From Roseibacillus sp. (GTDB lineage: Bacteria > Verrucomicrobiota > Verrucomicrobiia > Verrucomicrobiales > Akkermansiaceae): a DNA stretch of 64,000 nt. Positions 32,666-42,407 of this stretch are shown piece after piece. Where the stretch lies: assembly GCA_051251855.1 (NCBI GenBank), contig JBPOGI010000001.1, positions 1,408,001 through 1,472,000 of the forward strand. Direction: 5' to 3'. Under the pieces are notes generated by a model. That model worked only from the letters and a program-made list of their open reading frames with translations, ran no database searches and was not told where the DNA came from. Numbering within the stretch: position 1 is the first letter of the stretch; each line of letters begins with the position of its first letter. The translations under genes were made by a program, and so were the position numbers.

Positions 32666-33316
32666 TCAATTCCGCTGCAATGAAGCCACGAATTTGATGA
32701 ATTGTTCACGGCGGCTCGCAATTTCTGCTTCAGCGCCAATCATCTTAACCGTGACCAAACGGCCCTCGTTTTCGACAATCGCACCCAAAAGAGCCTGCCC
32801 ATCTTTTCCTGGCCGTCCCATTCCGGGCTCGTAGCGCCCTGCGGTCTCCACGAGATAACCTTTCTTCCCTATGAAATCCAGCTGACCCATTTCAGTAAGG
32901 GACTTCGTTGCCGATCCAAACTGACGGAACCAGCGGTCTACATTGGGCTGAATTCCGCCTCCTACCACACTCAGATAGACCTCCCCCTGCGTTTCTCCTT
33001 CGCCAAAAGTGAGATTCACATCTCGCATCGGCTTCTTCTCGGCCACCTTCCAATCCGCCGCAGGCATTTGGTAGGTCCAAGGAGAAGAGCTCTTGGCATC
33101 TCCCTCTCCACCATCGATCTTCTGTCCTGAACCTTCAATCTGAGCAAGAATCTCAGGTGGTAAAAACTGCTCCGCACTCGTTGCATTCACCGCTGGTTCC
33201 TCATCGTGAGTGGTCAACACCCGTGTCTGACTGATATCAACTTCAGCTGGCTGCTTACGGCAACTTACCGAGACGAGACCCAACAAAAGGGCTGGAACAA
33301 GAACGATTGTCTTCAT
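32666..33316 (-). CDS. Hypothetical lipoprotein upstream of resB-ccsA
   Basis: VSVSC lipobox; GG...NVDRW..Q motif. Confidence 0.75.
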   Translation of the reverse strand: MKTIVLVPALLLGLVSVSCRKQPAEVDISQTRVLTTHDEEPAVNATSAEQFLPPEILAQIEGSGQKIDGGEGDAKSSSPWTYQMPAADWKVAEKKPMRDVNLTFGEGETQGEVYLSVVGGGIQPNVDRWFRQFGSATKSLTEMGQLDFIGKKGYLVETAGRYEPGMGRPGKDGQALLGAIVENEGRLVTVKMIGAEAEIASRREQFIKFVASLQRN

Positions 33317-33445
33317 CGGGCGCACTAGTAACCCCTCTTACCGTTTCGCGCAAGCTCCACTCTCGCGACTCATTTCATGAAATCCATATCACCTAAGAAT
33401 GGTTTTCATGAGCTTCAAGACGATTAGCGAAAGAAAAGCCATCCA

Positions 33446-34915
33446 CTACCGATCTAACGCTACCGTTTCCAATTCCTTACCCGCGGGATCAACCATTCGG
33501 AAGACGACCTGAGGTCCGCCGCTATCTTTACTGAAAGCCAACTCTCCAAAAGCCCAAGTAGGCCCTGCATAGCCGAAAAGTTGCTCTTCCTTATTCGCGC
33601 CAAAAGCACTCGGCCCCGGCACGCCACCCATTCCAGCAATTTCGAGTTCATGAATGACTCCTCCATCCGCTCGCGGAATGGCAATCGCCCTCGCTCCATG
33701 ACGATCTCCTGAAATCAGAATCACCTTCGAGTCCTTCTTGCCGTCGATCAGCTGGAAAATCTTTTCCCGCCCCTCCGTATCCCACGTTCCCCAGCTGTCT
33801 TTGCCAGCAGAAATATTATCGCTCCACATCGTACCTCCACTGATGAGGATGTAAGGAGACGTAGAATCCTCAATCTGCTTCTTCAGCCACTCCATTTGTT
33901 CGTCACCCAAAAACGAATTCAGCTTTCCTCGACTCTCGTTAACGCGGCAGGATCGAGTATCGAGAGCAATGTAATGAATCGGTCCCATTTGGGTCTGAAA
34001 GTAGATCCCCTCCCGTTCGATCTCGCGCTCGGGGTTGTTCCATTGTTTTTTCCAAGAACGACGTAAGCCATCGACATCAATCGGCTTCTTCCCGTTCGTG
34101 AACCTTCCCGAGGTATCATTTCCCCAGTAATCGTGATCATCCCAAGTCGCCGTCACCGGCACATAGGCGGTCAATCCCCGCCATGGCGGAGAAAGGTCAC
34201 GTAGAAGGTAATCTGCATCGATAAGACCAAAATCATCCTTCCTGCCATCGACAGCTGAATCTCCGCAAACCAACATCGCTCGATTTCCTCGCTCCCGAAT
34301 GAGCCGCATCAGCTCCGGTCGATACATCCCGACCTTGTGATAGCAGGTTCCGAACGCGATTTTGAACGGCTTCTCCGAAAGCTCATGAGGAAGCGTTACA
34401 AAGCTCCCCTCTCCCAAAACCTGCTTCTTCGAGTCCACGACTTGGTAACGGTATTCGGTATCCGGTAAGAGTCCCTCACAAGCGACCGAGAAACAACGCG
34501 CCGCTTCTTTTGGAGAAAATATCTGATGCTCACCTTTACCTTTCCAAACCACCACCTTCACCGAATCGGACTCCGGCAAGTTCATCCACACGGCAACACT
34601 CGTCGCAGTAACATCGCCCAACATCGGCCCGCCCAGTGTCCCACGCTCAAATTTTTGGCAAACCTCAGCGACCTCGCGGTCACGATCCTTCCCCACCATG
34701 GCCGCCCGGCAAGCCTTGTAAAAGTCCTGCATCTCCTGAGGCTGAGTCGTGTATTGATTCATGATCCGCAGGTCAATTTCGAGGCTCCCGATATGCGCAT
34801 CCTTCAACGAAACAATGCCTGACTCGTCAGTGACCCCAGCCCGCCCCACCAGCGTTCCGCCAACCGTTGCCGCCGTCAGCATTAGGAACTCTCTTCTCTC
34901 AAGGTTCTTCTTCAT
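33446..34915 (-). CDS. phoD: Alkaline phosphatase D family protein (Tat substrate)
   Basis: ERREFL Tat motif; IAFGTC, GD, WDDHDY, LDTRS, ISGDRH. Confidence 0.88.
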   Translation of the reverse strand: MKKNLERREFLMLTAATVGGTLVGRAGVTDESGIVSLKDAHIGSLEIDLRIMNQYTTQPQEMQDFYKACRAAMVGKDRDREVAEVCQKFERGTLGGPMLGDVTATSVAVWMNLPESDSVKVVVWKGKGEHQIFSPKEAARCFSVACEGLLPDTEYRYQVVDSKKQVLGEGSFVTLPHELSEKPFKIAFGTCYHKVGMYRPELMRLIRERGNRAMLVCGDSAVDGRKDDFGLIDADYLLRDLSPPWRGLTAYVPVTATWDDHDYWGNDTSGRFTNGKKPIDVDGLRRSWKKQWNNPEREIEREGIYFQTQMGPIHYIALDTRSCRVNESRGKLNSFLGDEQMEWLKKQIEDSTSPYILISGGTMWSDNISAGKDSWGTWDTEGREKIFQLIDGKKDSKVILISGDRHGARAIAIPRADGGVIHELEIAGMGGVPGPSAFGANKEEQLFGYAGPTWAFGELAFSKDSGGPQVVFRMVDPAGKELETVALDR

Positions 34916-34966
34916 ATTCTGCGTTTGATAGCACTGAGAACAACTTGGGTCTCAACTCTCTTCTTT

Positions 34967-36307
34967 CTACAGCAACTTCGCAAAAGCCTTCAACGACTTG
35001 CGCCCCACCATTGCATAAAGAATATCACCAACCTCCAAGACATCATCCCGTCCCGGAACCTCCGCTTGGAGCCCACGTTGACGACCGACGAGCACCACTC
35101 CTGGAGGCCATTTGACTTCACTTACCGGCTTTCCCGCCAAGGCTGACTTGCTCTCAATCCGAGTCTCAATCACTTGCCCCGGCCCCAACTTTTTCACCAC
35201 GTGATATTTTTCCGAGGTCAGATAGCGCTCAATATCCCGCCGCGTTGCCTCCCGTGGACTTACCGCCGCAACCACTCCAAAGTGTCGACCACTACTTCCA
35301 ATCGCTCGCGCATAGTCTGCTCGGTGAATAATAGTCAGACAATTCTTCACCCCAATATTGTTCGCCTGAAGACACGTCATCACGTTATCCTCGTCGCTCG
35401 TACTCGTAGCCACAAAGAAGTCTGCGTCCCCGACTTGCTCGTCCTCCAATTCGGCCAACACCGTGGCATCGACATTGATGACCGTGGTGTTCGCCAAGCG
35501 ATCCGCCAGCTCCAAGCAACGAGCTTCATCCTCCTCAAAGATGCGCACCTTACAATCCCAGCTCTCTAACATCTGAGCCAAAGAAAAACCGTATTCACCA
35601 CCACCAAAAATCACCACCTTCAAGCCCTCGAGGCCTCCATCCGTTTTCTGAAGATTTGCCGCCAGCTTCCGCAGCCGACGAGGCTCGCCAAAAATAGTCG
35701 CAATGTCCCCCGCCTCCAAAATACTGTCCGCATTGGGAATCGTGTGGGTATCCTCTCGGGAGATAGCCGCAATTCGGGTACGCTCAGGCAACTTCACTTC
35801 GCGCAGGGGCTTACCCACCACCCCACTTTTCGCATGAACCCTCACTTGCTGAAGTTCGATCTTCCCCTGAGCCAATTCTTCCACGGTGAGGGAGTCAGGA
35901 TTACGAATAAACTTCGCCAACTCAATCGCAGTGAGTCGCTCAGAACTAAAGAGGTGGTCGATATTAAAGTGCCCCCGATAATCGAACAACCACTCTTCCC
36001 GCTGAAGCCCCGGATGCACTCGAGCAATCACCCGTTCCACACCCATCGCCTTTGCCATCGAGGCACTCATTAAGTTGGCATTATTACTACTCGTCAGACC
36101 GAGAAACAGGTCGCAATCCCCCACATTCGCCTGCGCCAGCGCGTTCACCGAGTTGCCATCCCCTCTCACCACATTTGCATCAATGGTCTGCTCCAACTCT
36201 TCCGCTAACTTGCTATCAACCTCGATCACCGATAGCGCATGTAACTTTGACAACTCCTGCGAAAGGTGGCGTCCGATTTCACCGGCTCCTACAATGATGA
36301 TATTCAT
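34967..36307 (-). CDS. trkA: Trk potassium uptake regulatory subunit
   Basis: Two RCK repeats (IIVGAGEIG; VIFGGGEYG), DEDNVMTCL. Confidence 0.95.
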   Translation of the reverse strand: MNIIIVGAGEIGRHLSQELSKLHALSVIEVDSKLAEELEQTIDANVVRGDGNSVNALAQANVGDCDLFLGLTSSNNANLMSASMAKAMGVERVIARVHPGLQREEWLFDYRGHFNIDHLFSSERLTAIELAKFIRNPDSLTVEELAQGKIELQQVRVHAKSGVVGKPLREVKLPERTRIAAISREDTHTIPNADSILEAGDIATIFGEPRRLRKLAANLQKTDGGLEGLKVVIFGGGEYGFSLAQMLESWDCKVRIFEEDEARCLELADRLANTTVINVDATVLAELEDEQVGDADFFVATSTSDEDNVMTCLQANNIGVKNCLTIIHRADYARAIGSSGRHFGVVAAVSPREATRRDIERYLTSEKYHVVKKLGPGQVIETRIESKSALAGKPVSEVKWPPGVVLVGRQRGLQAEVPGRDDVLEVGDILYAMVGRKSLKAFAKLL

Positions 36308-36361
36308 AATCTGGGAATGCCGAACAAGCGGCGAACAAAGGCAAGGAAACGCTATTGAGGA

Positions 36362-37693
36362 CTATTTTCCGATGCAAAACTGGCTAAAAATACTCCCCAA
36401 AATTTCATCTGTATCAATCCGACCAGCAACCTCGCCCACGGCCTGCAGGGCCTCGCGCAAGGGTAAGCTAACGAACTCTGGCTCTTCGCCCGACGCCAGC
36501 ATCTGCCGAGCTTCAGACAAAGCCTCTTCCGCTCGTCTCAAACAATCTTGATGCCGCGCATTAATCGCAATCAGCGCACCTCCCGAATTCTCCGACAACC
36601 CTCCCCCAAGACGATCTGCCACTTCCTGTCGCAACACCTTCACTCCCTGCTCTTCTCTTACAGAAATCCTCACCGCCTCGGTCCCGTCCCAAGAATCGTC
36701 CTCGCCCAAATCCACTTTATTAAGAACCAAAAGCGCACTCTCGGACAACCGTTCTTCTTTTGGCCGGGAGACATCTACAAGCTCAAGAATCAGGTCCGCA
36801 TCCTCCATCCGCCGCCTCGCGCGCGCCATTCCCTCTTTCTCAATCACGCTTCCCTCATCACGCAGACCCGCGGTATCGATCAACCGCACCGGAAAACCAT
36901 CAAAATCTAACACCTCCTCCACAGTATCTCGAGTGGTCCCCGCCTCCTCGCTCACAATAGCGCGTTCATAGCCTAACAAGGCATTGAGCAAACTCGACTT
37001 TCCAGCATTGGGAGCGCCAATAATAGCAACGCGCGCTCCCTCGCGTAACAGACGACCTCTTTTCGCGGTCCCTAATAGCGAACTAATCGAGGTTTCTAAT
37101 TTCTTAAACGACAACTCCAAAGCCGACCCCGTCTCCGGTGAAATATCCTCCTCCGGAAAATCAATGTAAGCCTCCACATGTGCGGTCAGATTAATAATTT
37201 CCTCTCGAACCACCGCGACAGCATCACCCAAACTACCCGACAGTTGCTCGCGGGCCGCCTTCGCTGCCAAATCTGTCTGGGCCGAAATCAGGTCCATCAC
37301 CGCTTCCGCCTGAGTCAGGTCCAGCTTACTATTGAGAAAAGCCCGCAAGCTGAACTCCCCCGCCTCGGCCAAGCGAGCGCCACACTCCAAACAACGTTCT
37401 AACACCCTACGCGTGACATGGATTCCGCCATGGCCACTAATCTCCACCACATCCTCCCCCGTATAACTGCGAGGATTCCGGTATGCGACGACAAGAACAT
37501 CATCGATTGAGTGCCCCTCTTCATCAAGAACATCATCTCGAAAGGTCAGCCGAGGGGTGAGCGTCTCACTGCGAAACCGCTTTAACAACCGCTCGGCGAC
37601 TTTAAACACCCCGGGCCCGGACATTCGGACCAACGACACTGCCCCAACTCCAGGTGGACTCGCTATCGCCGCGATGACGTCGCTGCTACTCAC
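36362..37693 (-). CDS. mnmE: tRNA modification GTPase
   Basis: SYTGEDVVEISGHGG, LDLTQAEA, GAPNAGKSSL, GTTRD, DTAG, NKVD, FCIGK; probable GTG start at 37693. Confidence 0.97.
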   Translation of the reverse strand: MSSSDVIAAIASPPGVGAVSLVRMSGPGVFKVAERLLKRFRSETLTPRLTFRDDVLDEEGHSIDDVLVVAYRNPRSYTGEDVVEISGHGGIHVTRRVLERCLECGARLAEAGEFSLRAFLNSKLDLTQAEAVMDLISAQTDLAAKAAREQLSGSLGDAVAVVREEIINLTAHVEAYIDFPEEDISPETGSALELSFKKLETSISSLLGTAKRGRLLREGARVAIIGAPNAGKSSLLNALLGYERAIVSEEAGTTRDTVEEVLDFDGFPVRLIDTAGLRDEGSVIEKEGMARARRRMEDADLILELVDVSRPKEERLSESALLVLNKVDLGEDDSWDGTEAVRISVREEQGVKVLRQEVADRLGGGLSENSGGALIAINARHQDCLRRAEEALSEARQMLASGEEPEFVSLPLREALQAVGEVAGRIDTDEILGSIFSQFCIGK

Positions 37694-38936
37694 TTGCGTT
37701 CTCTTTCCAATTGCCTCGCTCGCCACCTAAATCAAGGAACTCCCAGCAAATGAGTTCACCCATCTGCAGCGATGGCTTTGGATCGTTTGACCAAACCAAG
37801 CTCACAGTCGCATTTCGAACAGGGGCCTTCACCACAATACGGTCACGCCACTTCAGAGAAGCCATAGCTCGGCCCAATTCGCTATCGTCCTTTACCAAGA
37901 CCTTGGCATAGTCGCTACTGTTCGCAGGGTCGCTAAACCGAAATACAGAGAACCCTTCTTTATCTCGTCCGTCCAAATCCACATCCTCTTGCACAAAGAC
38001 GCGGAAAATTCCTCGAGCTCCAGCTTCAGGATTATTTACAAACTGGTCTAGAAGACGAAATTTAGTTTGGCCATAAGTTTGCCAATCCAACTTAAGGCCC
38101 TCTGGAGTCTTCGCGAAAAACGCCATCACCTTCAAAGGACGATCCACAAAATTGTTCACCGCGGCTTCGGATACCAACCATTGATCTGGTTCTTCTATAC
38201 CATAACGCACTCGCAAAGGAGGGATGGGCCGGAAGAAGTTTCGAATCGTAAACTGCTCAGGCCGGTTATAGGTCATCAGAAAAATCCCCCGCTTGGTGTC
38301 GCTATCGCTAAGAGCTACTGGACTGAAAATACTCACGGGCGTACGAAACCCATCTTCCTCGAACTTCGAGTAGACAGACGCCATCTCGGCCTCGTTACTC
38401 GTTCCCCTAATGGTCCACTTAGCCCTCTCCTCAATCGTCTCAGCCTCTAGAAACCCTTGTAAAACAGTCTCAGCTTCTTCAATCCAACCTCGGGTCCGAT
38501 AGGCATTATCCTTCCTCTCTTCAGGACTCAGTGAGAGGCCGGCAGAAGGCTCCTCTTGAGCAACCTTCTTCTTGTCAGAAGAAAGAACCACCATTGCCGC
38601 CGCAGCAGCCAAAAGTAAAACTGCTCCAATCGAGGCAATGACAATAATCAACTTCCCTTTCCCCTGGCCTTGGCTTGGCTCACTTGGAGGGCTCCCTTGG
38701 GTAGCTGCCACGGGCTCAGGATTCTTGGGCTCAGGATTCTCGGCCACAGCCTTCACTGCTTGCTGAGGACGTGCCGCAGGCTCCACAAGAGGAGCTTGCG
38801 CTTCCAACGCTGGCGAAGTCACAAGCTCTCCGCATTTAGGACATGGGGCCGTCGTAGGCGGAAGATTGACCGGCACTTGGATGCCAGTTGCGCAATGCTT
38901 GCACTGGAACGTTCGAGTGGAATTGACTTCAGACAT
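37686..38936 (-). CDS. Hypothetical membrane-anchored protein with N-terminal zinc ribbon
   Basis: CKHC...CPKC, Pro/Ala linker, one TM, globular C-terminal domain. Confidence 0.8.
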   Translation of the reverse strand: MSEVNSTRTFQCKHCATGIQVPVNLPPTTAPCPKCGELVTSPALEAQAPLVEPAARPQQAVKAVAENPEPKNPEPVAATQGSPPSEPSQGQGKGKLIIVIASIGAVLLLAAAAAMVVLSSDKKKVAQEEPSAGLSLSPEERKDNAYRTRGWIEEAETVLQGFLEAETIEERAKWTIRGTSNEAEMASVYSKFEEDGFRTPVSIFSPVALSDSDTKRGIFLMTYNRPEQFTIRNFFRPIPPLRVRYGIEEPDQWLVSEAAVNNFVDRPLKVMAFFAKTPEGLKLDWQTYGQTKFRLLDQFVNNPEAGARGIFRVFVQEDVDLDGRDKEGFSVFRFSDPANSSDYAKVLVKDDSELGRAMASLKWRDRIVVKAPVRNATVSLVWSNDPKPSLQMGELICWEFLDLGGERGNWKENASE

Positions 38937-38953
38937 AATGAAATTCGGAGAAA

Positions 38954-40051
38954 TTAGTGGGCTGCTAAAACATCACGAAGGACCGAGAGGCAACGTTCGT
39001 TCTCAGCAGGAGTCCCTACCGAAATACGAACCCATCCGGGGAGCTTGTAACCACGCATAGCTCTCACAATCACTCCCTGCTTCAGCATTTCGCTAAAGAC
39101 GCGGTCGCCATCTCCCACCTTGACCAAGACAAAGTTCGCATGACTCGGAACATACTCGAGGCCCATTTCCCCGAAAGTCTTCTCGAACAAATCCCGCCCA
39201 ATTTTGTTGTTATCAACAGTTGCTTGAATGTGAGCCGTATCCGCTATCGAGGCCAAAGCCGCCATCTGAGCGAGTTCGTTGGTATTAAAGGGTTGCCGCG
39301 CCTTTTGTAGAATCCCAGCTAGAGATACCGGAGCCATACCATAGCCAATGCGCAGACCAGCCAATCCTTGAGCCTTGGAGAAGGTGCGCATCACCACCAC
39401 ATTGCGCCCCTCCTTGACATATTGAATGGTATCAGGCGCATCCTCTAAAAACTCGTAATAAGCCTCATCGAAAACCGCGATGACATGCTCAGGAAGTTTA
39501 TTCAAAAAGCGCTCAATTTCCTCAGCCCCGACTAACGTCCCCGTCGGATTATTTGGATTGGCTACAAAAACAAGCCGAGTCTTATCAGTCACAGCGTCCG
39601 CCATAGCATCGAGATCATGCACAAATCCTGGGTCAGGAACCTCCACATATTTGGCCCCAAACAACGTTGCCATCAGCTTATAGACAACAAAGGCATGCTC
39701 CGCCGCAATCAAGGCCGCTCCCTCATTCAAAAAACAGTGGCACAGCAACTCGATGATTTCGTTCGAGCCATTGCCAAGAACAATATTCTCCATCTTCAAC
39801 CCATGCTTCTCAGCCAACGCCGAACGCAAGCGCACCCCGCCACCATCGGGATAGATATGCATATGCCGAGCCGCATCAGCCATCGCCTGCTGCGCCATGG
39901 GAGAGGGGCCTAACGGATTCTCATTACTCGCCAACTTCACAATCTCGGCAGGATTTAATCCCAATTCGAGGGCGGTCTCCTCAATCGGTTTTCCTGGCTC
40001 GTAAGCGACAAGATCGCACACAAATCGATTAGCGTATTGCTCTAAAGACAT
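38954..40051 (-). CDS. hisC: Histidinol-phosphate aminotransferase
   Basis: KLASNENP, GNGSNE, NPNNPTG, DEAY, RTFSKAQGLAGLRIG. Confidence 0.96.
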   Translation of the reverse strand: MSLEQYANRFVCDLVAYEPGKPIEETALELGLNPAEIVKLASNENPLGPSPMAQQAMADAARHMHIYPDGGGVRLRSALAEKHGLKMENIVLGNGSNEIIELLCHCFLNEGAALIAAEHAFVVYKLMATLFGAKYVEVPDPGFVHDLDAMADAVTDKTRLVFVANPNNPTGTLVGAEEIERFLNKLPEHVIAVFDEAYYEFLEDAPDTIQYVKEGRNVVVMRTFSKAQGLAGLRIGYGMAPVSLAGILQKARQPFNTNELAQMAALASIADTAHIQATVDNNKIGRDLFEKTFGEMGLEYVPSHANFVLVKVGDGDRVFSEMLKQGVIVRAMRGYKLPGWVRISVGTPAENERCLSVLRDVLAAH

Positions 40052-40211
40052 CTCCGGCAGCTTCCACCTTGCCTGACAGAAACTCAAATCCCAATTCCGC
40101 CAGTTCTCAAAACACCTTTCCAACCTCCACTAGCCTACTGCGCCCTCCTCTCCAAACCCTGTCTCGTTTTCTGTTTGGCGCTCATGCCTAACACGTCCAT
40201 CCTCCTTTCCT

Positions 40212-42365
40212 GTGGAATTCCCTGAAAACTTTCTCTTTGGAGTCGCCAATGCTGACCATCAGGTAGAAGCCTACGATCCTGAGCGAGAAGACGTTTGGGA
40301 CCTTTGGGAACGAAGCCAAAACCTCACTCCACGTAAAAAGGCCGTCGATTTCTGGAATCGTTATCCCGAGGACATCGACCGAGCAGCGGATTTAGGCAGC
40401 AAAGTCTTCCGGTTTTCGATTGCTTGGGCCCGCGTTCAACCCTCAGAGAACGAATGGGATCAGACAGCCCTCGACCACTATCGTGACCTTGCTGAATACA
40501 TCCGCAGCAAAGGAATGAAGGTCATGGTCACCCTCGTTCACTTCGCTTGGCCGGTTTGGGTAGAAAAACGAGGAGGACTCATCGGCGAAGACTTTCCCGA
40601 CCTATTTGCGGACTACGGCGAAAAGATGGCCGACCTTCTTGGCGACATCACAGACTATTGGATCACCTTCAACGAGCCCACCCAGCTCGTCTACGGTTTC
40701 ATCAAGCCTTGGTGGCAGAACAACTACTACATGCCGCCAGGCCTCCCCGAAGGCACCGGAGCCAGCGGCGAAGCCGAAGCCATCGGCAAGCTCGTCTACA
40801 ACCTCTTCCTCTCCCACGCGCGAGCACGCGTCCGCATCAAAGGCCTCTTTCCCAACACCAAGGTCGGCACCAATCCGCTCGTCACCGGATTCCCCCCTTG
40901 GCTCCAAAGCATTCTCGATAACCAGGCACACTCCCCGTGGCTCCTCAAGGCCACCTATCGCTTCAGCATGGCCGAACCACTCGTCGCAGGCAAAAGCAAA
41001 GTCGACATGGTCATCGGTGGGCTCAGCCAAGAAAGCCATGACAATCTGAGCTACAGCGACCCCTACGTCACCACAGGCAAGGCTATCATGGTGACTCGTG
41101 AGAAGGACGCTCAGGACATTGAAGCTCTCGCCGAAAGCAACGTTGGCTTCGTGGGACCATCCGCCGACCGAGGCCTCGCCGCGACCCATCTCCCCGAAAC
41201 CTGCCAGCTACAGCCTTTCGAAAACTATCGCGATGGCCGCGAAGCTCTCAAAGAAGGAAAAATCACCGCCCTTTATGGCGACGCCCTTCTCCTTCTTCCT
41301 GCTCAATTCAAGCAAAGAGACGACTTCCGCTTTCTCCTAGAGGACATCACCCGCGAGACCCATTCCGTCGGCCTACCCCTCGGTCACCCCGGTCTCATTT
41401 CCGTCGTCAACAACACCATTGACGACTTTAGTTGCGAAGTCTTCGGAGCCTGCACCCCCACTCGCCCTGAGGAACCCGTCAAGGATCCCGTTCCGCCTGT
41501 ATCCTTGGCCGACTTTTTCGCCAACGACTCTCTCCCCGGACCTCGCAAGATCATCGAAGGCGAAGGTCTCCGACGCATTCGCCGTCGAGGTTTTCTCAAA
41601 GTGGGCATCCGAGACGACCTCCCGGGAATCTGCGAAACTTGCCCCGAGCCAGGGGTCGAGGTTCAACTCGCCAAAGCCGTCGCCAAAGCCATCTTCGATG
41701 ATGAAGATAAAATCGAATTCGTGATTCTGAACCACGAAAAACCTCTCAAGGTTCTCGAAACCAAAGCCAGTAAACTTAACCTACTCTGGCGCTTTGCCGG
41801 AGCAGCCGGACTCATCGCCAACTCCAATTGGTGGTATCTCGGCATTCGCGGCAAACTCCCCAAAGGCCTATGCCCACCCGAGGCCCACCAAGCCCAAGAC
41901 TTCGTCGGTATGGACTACTACTGGGGTCTGCCCACCAGTAAGCTTCATCGATTCAACAGCCTCGTCGAAGCAGGCGAAGGACGTTTTCTCAACGCTCCCG
42001 TCTGGCCCGAAGGGATGGGACACGCCATGCGACGCTATCATCGCTGGTTTCCTAATCAGGAAATCATGGTCGTCGAGAACGGCTGCGTCCCCCTCGCCGA
42101 TGGCGTCACCCGCAAAGAATACCTCCGTGTCCACCTCGAAGAAGTAGCCAAAGTCTGTGCCGAAGGCGTGCCCGTCAGTGCCTATCTTTGCTGGTCACTC
42201 ACTTCTAATCGTGAGTGGGGTCACGCCTTCAATCATCAAACCGACTTTGGCCTTTACCACGTAGGCTTGGACACCGATCCCGAGCTCAAACGTAAAGCCA
42301 CTCCCGAAGTTGAATACTACCGAAACTTCATCGCGGAGCATCAAGCTAAGAAGACTCAACGATAG
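40212..42365 (+). CDS. Family 1 glycoside hydrolase with an inserted (apparently permuted) family-3 solute-binding domain
   Basis: GH1 motifs FRFSIAWARV, TFNEP, DFVGMDYY, VVENG, WSL..N.EW, FGLY; internal ~255-aa SBP_bac_3-like insert. Confidence 0.9.
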   Translation: MEFPENFLFGVANADHQVEAYDPEREDVWDLWERSQNLTPRKKAVDFWNRYPEDIDRAADLGSKVFRFSIAWARVQPSENEWDQTALDHYRDLAEYIRSKGMKVMVTLVHFAWPVWVEKRGGLIGEDFPDLFADYGEKMADLLGDITDYWITFNEPTQLVYGFIKPWWQNNYYMPPGLPEGTGASGEAEAIGKLVYNLFLSHARARVRIKGLFPNTKVGTNPLVTGFPPWLQSILDNQAHSPWLLKATYRFSMAEPLVAGKSKVDMVIGGLSQESHDNLSYSDPYVTTGKAIMVTREKDAQDIEALAESNVGFVGPSADRGLAATHLPETCQLQPFENYRDGREALKEGKITALYGDALLLLPAQFKQRDDFRFLLEDITRETHSVGLPLGHPGLISVVNNTIDDFSCEVFGACTPTRPEEPVKDPVPPVSLADFFANDSLPGPRKIIEGEGLRRIRRRGFLKVGIRDDLPGICETCPEPGVEVQLAKAVAKAIFDDEDKIEFVILNHEKPLKVLETKASKLNLLWRFAGAAGLIANSNWWYLGIRGKLPKGLCPPEAHQAQDFVGMDYYWGLPTSKLHRFNSLVEAGEGRFLNAPVWPEGMGHAMRRYHRWFPNQEIMVVENGCVPLADGVTRKEYLRVHLEEVAKVCAEGVPVSAYLCWSLTSNREWGHAFNHQTDFGLYHVGLDTDPELKRKATPEVEYYRNFIAEHQAKKTQR

Positions 42366-42407
42366 AACCCCAGTCGACTCTACGTTACTCATAGACAAGC
42401 ACTTGAA

